64,000 bases of DNA from Phoronis australis. Lineage: Eukaryota; Animalia; Phoronida. The stretch spans positions 256,023 to 320,022 of the forward strand of contig NMRA01000499.1 of assembly GCA_002633005.1 (NCBI GenBank). The letters are read 5' to 3'. Every line of letters begins with the position of its first letter. Positions within the stretch are counted from its first letter, which is position 1. The position numbers and the translations under genes were made by a program. This document shows, piece after piece, positions 56,201 to 64,000 of the stretch. Under the pieces are notes generated by a model. It was not told the origin of the DNA, ran no database searches, and saw only the letters and a program-made list of their open reading frames with translations.

Positions 56201-59200
56201 ATTAAATTAGGTACATTTTTTGAAAAAGCACAGAATATAATGTTAGATTTACGTGCTTATTAGAATTATGTTTGTTTCCCATTTGCAATTATCGGGGTAT
56301 TTGATGAGCAAGTGCATGAGATTTACTAGATACTGTGTGCAATTTAGATGTATTACTGTGTTTTATATAATTTGGAAAATAATTTTAATTTGACATCAGA
56401 AGTAGTCAGCTAGTTCTAATTGTCAAGGCATGGTAGCTTTTTATTCAGTGACCTTGTTGAACAGATATCCATGGCGATGACCTTCGTGGACGCAGTGGCT
56501 CCATACAAGCAGCGATCAATCTGGAAATTGCCACCAACAGAGTAACAGACATGTCGCTTCGACTTCAGGGCTTGAATGGTCAGTTACCTAACCTTGACCT
56601 GGTCAATCTGGTGGTCAGACTGTGCCGGCAGCATTCAGTCAATGTCAGGATTCATAATCAGGTAGTTATGATCAGTGTCGGGATTCATAACCATGTAGTG
56701 ATGGTCAGTGTCAGGATTTATAACTAGGTAGGTATGGTCAGCGTCGGTATTCATAAGCAGGAAGTTATATTGTATTTTCAGCGTTATTGGAATTCTAATG
56801 TTTAGCACGCAACATGGTGGAAAATTGAAATTTTGGCTTAAATTTTTCAACAAAATGAAACGTTTCTACTACTTTTTCATTATGTTCATGATTTGCACTG
56901 TATTGCTGTGAATTGTTTACTACTATTTTGTAATGTAGTTAGCGAATTAAATATGGCAAGTGACAGTGTTGACAATTACATGTGAGGTGAGTGAAGCACA
57001 GTCAGTACATGTTGAAACTGGTGTCATTTCAGAGAGACTTCTATGATCCTGAGTCGGTGGATGGCTACCTTCACTCATTAAAAACCATGGCAACCATGAT
57101 GTGGCACCAGCTGCCTGGTGTGCAACAAGGTAATCATGGACTGTTCCATCGGTATCACATCGAAGCTCTCACACTGGTCAGCCAAAAGAAACGAGGTGCA
57201 CACAGCATTGACTTCACAGCCATGGGCAGGTCAGATAGTGTAAAGAGTTGTCTTCTGTTTAATTTTGGCGACTGGAGTAACTTAGACAGGGATGTTCCTG
57301 GACTGCGCCTTTGTGCCATTAGCGTATAAAGAAATGAAAAGACGCATCTACATTGTGGCATCTTTTAAAATATAACAGTCCTTCAAAAATACAAGATTGT
57401 AGTCAACTTATATCCAGTTGGGTAAAACATGGCTCTTCTTATATCGACTGTCCTTGGGGTTTCTACTTTCTATGTTACCACAGTTAATTACACTAAGTGT
57501 ACTGGGCTCAACTTTTTGAAAAAGGCACACTTTTCGTCATCAGGTCTGCTCAAAGGGCTCAGGTTCAAACCTGGTCTGGAATATCCCTGCTGGATTATAG
57601 AATATCTGGGTAATTGTCATGAAATGTCAAAAAATGACCATAAGGTAATGATTTATTGTCGTATTCCTGGATATTAGTTGAAAATCAGTAATAGTTGATT
57701 CTCACCCACTTTTTAGCACATATGCCTTTGCATTTCTGTCTGAAACTAACCTAATTCATCTTAAATTCATTTCCCTTATTGGATCTCGGCATCAGAGGTA
57801 CAAATCAGTTGTTTCCTGTTTACATGTCTTACTCTGAGACCTCTCTAGCATGATTAGGTTATAAAAGTGGTTTCACTGCCAAGTCAAAATTTGCCTAACG
57901 GAATATCTTGGTTATCACAATTCATGTTGAAACTGAGAGTATGACATATTCCTGTACTGTGCCTGTGAAATCTTCAAGTTTCAATTGTTTGCTTTGAGTT
58001 GTCTGATGCCAACACTCAATTCCCTCAGATTCTCATATGAATTGTGTTTATTGAACAGCTGCACCAACCAGACCATCAAACAGACGGATAAACAAACAAA
58101 CAAACAAACAAACAAACAATAAAAACATAAATTAGTAACATCAAGAACAACAAACAAACATAATGTAGTGGAAATATTATGTCGTTATTAATTTATCTTA
58201 TTTTGTCTTTCAGGATCTTGGAGGGTGTGTTGCGTAGTTTGAACAACCTCCTTGAAAGGTTCCACCAATCGTTTTTTTTCTATTTAATGCCGGCCACTGA
58301 ACGTTATGTCTCCATTGGGCTTTACATGCCACCATTTGGTCTGATAGCTGTTGGAGTTCTAATAAAAATATCCTTTTTAAAATGTTGAATATTTGAACTG
58401 AAGTGATTTGTTTGTGTTACTGTTGTGGAGAGCATTACTGATTGCTTTTCATTCCCAAGAGGATATATTAAGTTTACTAACATTGCTCCCTCTAGTGGGA
58501 ATGTTTAAAATAATGATCATACCTTGTATCTACGCTGCATTCAATGGGCATACTCTCATATAGATTTTTTCCTTTTGATATTTTTGATCTTCATCGCTTT
58601 GTACCGGTGTACTGTTGTGTTTGTGTAGAAATTGGCCTTAACTGATACCAAGCTCTGGCACTGTGGATTAGCAGTGGACTGGATGACGCCCCTACTCCAT
58701 CTGATAAGGAGAGTCAGGCAACAGATAACGGTGAATCCGAGGAAATTAACACATCTGAGGACACAGTGGAGGAGAGCCAAACCAAGGAAGAAGATAGCCC
58801 ACCAGATGGCACCACTGAAGAGCCAAAGAATTCAAAGGTAGCTCTTGTTCAGTCAGTTTACTGTCCATCATTGCTTTTGACATGTCTGGTGATTGTTTCT
58901 CAACTTACTGGCAACATTTTGATGAAACTTACTGGAGACATTTTGATGAAACTAGTGACTTTGTATTGGAATATATCTTGTTCACAGGTGTATACAGTCC
59001 AAACTTTCTGTTGCTCCCTTTAAATATGATGAGGGACAGATTATAGACCATGCATAGACACATCAAAACCGTGTTACTGTCAGAGTTGAAGTAAAAGTTA
59101 ATAGTGAAACTTCGGCATGGATCTATGCCGGCCTGTAATCAGTTTCTGTTTTTCTTTTGATCTAGTTGATGTGGTATTGTTACAGGACCAGAGAGGACTC

Positions 59201-61183
59201 CTCTCTCTTCTCCCGGTTATCATTGTTTGCTGTGTGTTCAGTATAGCTGCCTACCAGTGCGTAGGAACCTTCATTGAGTCAGCGCTAATCTTGCGCATGT
59301 CTGCCTCAGACGGTCTCTTCTATGGGGTGGCCGCCATGTTTGGCACATCAGCTGTACTTCTGGCAAGGTAATGCAGTCAGCAACATAAAGTACTGTTATT
59401 ATTATTGTCAATGTCACTGTCATTATTTGGTATTTTTATTGTCCTTGGTAATTCAGATCATCAGGAACTTAACATTGAAAATGAGAAATTGTTGAAAATA
59501 AAATATTGCCTGCTGTGAGTAAAGTAACAATTATACTACAAGTAGCGTAAATGATACGTTATTAGGGTCAGAACTGCTTAGGCCGGAGTAAAACTAGTAA
59601 AACTGTCAATTTCTTGTTCACTTGAAGATGACGTTCACACTCTCATCAGATGACAGATCTGCCTTCTTACCTTGAGAAGTTTATGTTCTAACGGCATACT
59701 ATTGGTGGTTACACAATGTCCGCTCATGATGGTCCCACTTCATTGGCCATAAACATTTTGTAAATTATTGTTATTCTAATTGCTTGTGAGATTGACTTTG
59801 TAAACACTTGTTCTAAGATTATGATCTGCCTTCTTTTTACTCATCTTATTTGCCTTCTTATAGAAGTTCCAGATTAGAACTTGGCATTGAAGTTGAACAA
59901 AAGTTCTCTCGCTGTTGAAATAACTTTATTGTTGTTACAGGAAAATGTCTGTGTTTGACCTCGATCTGACAAGTTTGAAGTGCGTCACGTTGATATTTGA
60001 AGGACTAGTGTTAGCATCTGTGTCACTCATCAATATCTCTTTAGCTACTCTGGTGGCAGTGTTATGGGTGCCAATCTCTGTCATGGCGGTACCATCCACT
60101 TCTAGGTAATTAGTTACTATGGAGATGTATGCTATCCATTAGGTTGAGTGGGTGCTTAAGGAGAGTACCGTAACACTATTGGAAACACATCATGTGTCTG
60201 GCATGGAAAATTAATTGTTGCCCGTGCTGTTCACATATCCGGACATTGATTTCCTTCATTCCAACACGATGGCACCTAATGAGGGTGTTTTGTTCTGTCA
60301 TTGGAAACAGTCACATCAATGTCTGGTACTGCAGATTAAACAAATTTGTTGCAAAATTTGAAGATGAAAAATTTCACAACAGTTTTGTGAAAAAAATCTA
60401 CAGATGTGTCCCCCACTTAAAGTGTACTACAGTTAAACTCCTAGTTTAGGAAAAATTGGACTTACACATGTTTGGCTATTAAATGCTGGAGTTGCAAAGC
60501 TGTAGTTTTGCAAATATTTTGTATGCTGATCCTGCTGGGAGACTTTCATGAAGTTGTGTCAATATTATGTGGGACTGGTGCTGCCACTGTGTGTAGGACA
60601 AGGAAAACCCATTTCTGGTGTATAAGTGCATACTTTAGGTGTTGTGCACACAAGTGTTGTCTCTGCTCTGGGAATTAGAGGGCAGTAACAATTGTGGCCC
60701 GTCACCAATGCTTCATAAAAGCCTTTAATTGTTCGTTTAAAACTGGGGCACAGTGATGTCGTGGGTGAATGAGTAAATAATGTCATCTTCAATAAATGAT
60801 TGCTATGTGCATGCTAAGTGATGCCTGCCTCTCAATACAGTCTTTGTTTTACATGATTTATTTTCAATTTATTAACTGGAACTTTTTCTTTCAGGCTGTT
60901 GAAATGTGTGCAATCTACAGCTCTGCTGCTCGTCTCACCACTGGCAATGCTGTTCCTTGCTGCAGTTCTACACGAGTATTGCTTTCACAATGCCAATTCC
61001 ACGAATGTATTGACCAATGCCTGGGCTGGATCAAAAGACTGGTTTCTCAGTATTGTGATAGACTCTATGATGTTAAGTAACTGGACATTTAGTGTAGTGT
61101 GTTTAGCCTTCTATCCCAACTGGCTTATGTTATGGGCACTTGTTCACAGTGCCAAACCTGTTGACAAAATCAAGACAGACTGA
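53066..61183 (+). CDS. GPAA1: GPI-anchor attachment 1 protein (GPI transamidase subunit GAA1), whole spliced gene, about 666 aa
   Basis: MGLLSDP N-terminus, [36 protein letters not shown] and [15 protein letters not shown]. Twelve exons join in frame to 2001 nt. Confidence 0.97.
53914..53998 (+). CDS. GPAA1: GPAA1 coding exon 2
   Basis: [10 protein letters not shown]...KKDK; AG/GT, frame-compatible. Confidence 0.85.
54914..55019 (+). CDS. GPAA1: GPAA1 coding exon 3
   Basis: [24 protein letters not shown]...; AG/GTGAGT. Confidence 0.92.
55653..55815 (+). CDS. GPAA1: GPAA1 coding exon 4
   Basis: [24 protein letters not shown]...AKHFR; AG/GTGAGT. Confidence 0.94.
56083..56187 (+). CDS. GPAA1: GPAA1 coding exon 5
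   Basis: [28 protein letters not shown]; AG/GTAAGT. Confidence 0.94.
56465..56661 (+). CDS. GPAA1: GPAA1 coding exon 6
   Basis: [13 protein letters not shown]...[14 protein letters not shown]; AG/GT. Confidence 0.93.
56638..56769 (+). repeat. 33-bp tandem repeat x4 spanning the GPAA1 exon 6 donor
   Basis: GTCAATGTCAGGATTCATAATCAGGTAGTTATG and three diverged copies. Confidence 0.9.
57033..57229 (+). CDS. GPAA1: GPAA1 coding exon 7
   Basis: [16 protein letters not shown]; AG/GT. Confidence 0.93.
58090..58118. repeat. (AAAC)n microsatellite
   Basis: Direct reading. Confidence 0.9.
58214..58367 (+). CDS. GPAA1: GPAA1 coding exon 8
   Basis: [23 protein letters not shown]...[10 protein letters not shown]...LIK; followed by the U12 donor ATATCCTTT. 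Confidence 0.94.
58368..58651 (+). other. GPAA1: U12-type (minor spliceosome) intron in GPAA1, AT-AA or AT-AC
   Basis: 5' site ATATCCTTT at 58368; branch CCTTAAC at 58636-58642; 3' end either AC (58648) or AA (58651). Confidence 0.9.
58652..58837 (+). CDS. GPAA1: GPAA1 coding exon 9 (start may be 58649)
   Basis: [12 protein letters not shown] followed by an acidic loop to PKNSK; donor gtagct. Confidence 0.85.
59186..59367 (+). CDS. GPAA1: GPAA1 coding exon 10
   Basis: [16 protein letters not shown]..., hydrophobic TM segments; AG/GT. Confidence 0.88.
59941..60105 (+). CDS. GPAA1: GPAA1 coding exon 11
   Basis: [24 protein letters not shown]...VP; AG/GT. Confidence 0.88.
60895..61183 (+). 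CDS. GPAA1: GPAA1 last coding exon
   Basis: ALLLVSPL...[12 protein letters not shown]...*; AATAAA downstream at 61893 and 61930. Confidence 0.92.
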
Positions 61184-63528
61184 TAGACGTTACTGAGTTA
61201 AGGATTTTGTTGAATTTTCATGAATTGACTGATTAACTGCGTTTTATATGTTCACTGTAAGTATTGTAAATATTTAAAGATGTCGCGTCTTATTAATTCT
61301 CTGAGGACTTTATGAATTTTACTGAATATGGTTAAAATTTTTTTTTGTTTGGGACATAAATGTGGCAGACAAGTGAAATTTCATTTTGTCAAATTTCTTA
61401 AAAAACTGCAGGCAAATTTACTGTTAGCGTGGTTTGTAATACCAAAGAGGTGGTAAAATTTTGAGCATTAGCAACAATGTGGTTAGCTAAAAAATAGAAA
61501 TATGGCATTGTAGGTATTATTTTTGTCCCAAATTGAAGATTTTATACCATAATTTCTTGTGATAGGCTTCTATGCAAACTGACCCGTGCCATGTTCATCT
61601 TCAGTCGTGAGAACATGTAAGGCGTACTTAGTTTGGCCTGAAACATAGTTTGATAAAACTTGTTCCATCTTTTGAGAATTGAGTCAACATAGCTGAAATT
61701 ATGCACTTTTTTGTTTCATTAGCTCAGATGGTAATTTTTGTACCAATGCTTCTGAACCAAGCAGTTGGAGGGGTCCAGTATGTCAGGCTAAAATCTGCAA
61801 CATTTGTGTAGTTACCAGGTGGAATTAAGGACATTGTAATATGCAGTAACATTTCCTTTACCCAGAGCCTTTGTGTTTCAGCATGTCTGCTGAATAAAAA
61901 CTTTCTTGTTACTTCAAGACAATGTGTTGAATAAAGTCGCACTTCATCTATAACTACACGATATTTTCATTTGTGTCAAACTATTTATTTTTAACATTAC
62001 AACTCCCAACAACGAAACAGAAAACATCTTTTAACATGTTAAAACTAGCTTATAATTATTGCAGCTGTAAATTAATATCATATCTCAATTCCACAAAAAA
62101 TCAACATTTAGATTCATGGCTGACATTGCCAATCACATACACAGAAATGATTATAGTTTGCACCAACAGAAAATTCCTTACACGTCAAGGTGAACATCCA
62201 GGGCACATTCAAAGGAGCATTCACATGTCCAAAATTTGCTACTTTTTACCTCCTTCCCCACCTTCGTCATCACCAGTCATCATGGTATAACCCCTCAGTG
62301 CAGCATCTAATTACGTCGTCACAGCCAACCCCCCCCGTTTTTGAAAGGACCGGTACTTCGTTGAAGATTCCGTCTTTATGATTCTAATGACAAACCAATG
62401 TCTCTTTAAAATTTATGTTGCATTTTCTACTGTTGTATTCAACAATGAAACCATGTACCGCATTTCAACTATCAAATCATAACCACTTGATATTGCCATG
62501 ACTCTAACCCTCCCCTAGCCCTGTCATAAATCATCATCTTTTATATATATCCCCCACTTTGAGTGACGATGTAATATGTGAACACTCCATTAAAAGTAAA
62601 AATTTTGTGGGTAACTAGGTGTTATGCTGAACATGGGAGTTGATCTGGAGGAATATGGTATACGACTAAATACCTCGCCAAAATAATACTTGACCTATTA
62701 CTACTTGCATATATTGAATTTGCCTTTCATATGAAATTAACCAAATTTTATATTTATTTACCTCTATTACCACATGTGCTTTTGACATTTGAATTCATTT
62801 CCTTTCAGTGCTTAGCAACAGTCCAGTGACCAAGCAGCCAAGACTGCAAAAAACTGGAGTCTTGCAAAGCATTCTGTAGTAATCTAAAAGTGGCAGCTGT
62901 TAATAACTTGATCTAAAGACATATAATATTAGTAGCAATGCAAAGTGTTGAAAAGTTCCCACGACTGCACCACAAACAGTATGCTTCTAGGGAAAATGTA
63001 ATGGACTAATCAGGACATTACATTTCAAAGCTGGAAACCATATGGTGTTGGCACAGACATCAACCTCTCCATCAAATTTTATCACAGCTGTGACAATAAT
63101 CAACAGACAGGCATTTTCTTGTCAATAACTGACCAACTGACATTGCTACAGTAATGGAGTCTGCCTGACACCAACTGGTGACGGCACATTTACACAACAT
63201 ATCTAGACATCAAGTTTCGTCAATAACCTAGAGACAATAATTCTTTTTATCCTAAACTAAAACAGCCAACAGAAGGCACCAAGTCCATAACATCTGAAAG
63301 GGTACTGGTTCCGTCATATCCCTGAAATTTCCTCATGATCTGTCGAGTGGATTTTGTGATAATCAACAGGCAAGTAAAGGTAATGCCAGGCATGAAGGAC
63401 GGGATGTGAACACATTTTTGTCAGCATATAAAAATGAAAAAATGACAACTGCACACACTACTGCTGCGCCTTTAACCAAAACTCCAACTAAGCAATATTA
63501 GACGAAATAAAAACAAATATTAACAATT

Positions 63529-63652
63529 TCACTTCCTGTGCGTTTTGATGAAGTTGATGAGTCCATTTGTAGATGAGTCGTGAGAGCTAACCTTCTCCGG
63601 ACCTCGTAAATCTTTCTGGATGTTTACAGCCAGAGTCTTGCCCAGTTCCACA
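63529..63652 (-). CDS. GPI: Glucose-6-phosphate isomerase, last coding exon; the rest of the gene lies beyond the window
   Basis: After gtttccag it reads (G)[40 protein letters not shown], matching the PGI C-terminal signatures GVELGK and HDxSTNGLI. Confidence 0.93.
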
Positions 63653-64000
63653 CTGGAAACCATAAAAAACACTAAAATGTCATGAAACAAAGATACTTTC
63701 AACCTACATACACGTCAGCTGGAATCTGGTAGAATTTGATAAAAAAATAATACCTTATTTTCATTTTTTCAATGGATTTTAACATTTAAAAAATGCCCAC
63801 AAATCTTCAAAACACTGTGTCGGCAGCTATGGCATTCACAAAAATCTGCTTTCACTGACCGTGTATATCAATTTCAAAAAGCCTATTGTGTGTGAACAAA
63901 ACCCATGATTTACAACGGTCTGCAAAAAATCTAAGCCACTATGCGGACTACTTACCCCCTCAAAGCCCAAAATATCGTACAGAACTCAAAAAAATGATAT

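Noticed and set aside
63950-64000. GG|GTAAGT donor as the end of the penultimate GPI exon
   Set aside because: Upstream bases do not encode the expected FDQWG; the real exon lies outside the window

Overview
Animal genomic DNA, AT-rich and intron-rich; a lophotrochozoan or mollusc-like invertebrate is inferred from gene structure and repeat types. It holds three genes. (1) A complete SERCA-type Ca2+-ATPase on the minus strand (ATG 46498 to stop 4648, 21 coding exon positions, about 1021 aa). (2) A complete GPAA1 (GPI-transamidase subunit) on the plus strand (53066-61183, 12 coding exons, about 666 aa), divergent from SERCA. (3) The last exon of glucose-6-phosphate isomerase on the minus strand (63529-63652), convergent with GPAA1. 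The most interesting signals are in RNA processing. SERCA has two duplicated, mutually exclusive exons for the luminal L7-8 loop and M8, and the intron between them carries a sense-strand-specific long-range stem. SERCA also has at least three candidate C-termini. GPAA1 has a U12-type intron whose spacing favours AT-AA rather than AT-AC ends. Four short tandem duplications copy splice sites. A Penelope-like element with a hammerhead ribozyme lies in sense orientation in SERCA intron 4, and SERCA intron 8 has a CRE/MEF2/CArG/TATA cluster. The apparent duplication of SERCA exon 5 is probably an assembly artefact. All exon coordinates were derived by hand from GT/AG boundaries and reading-frame continuity; no database searches were run.
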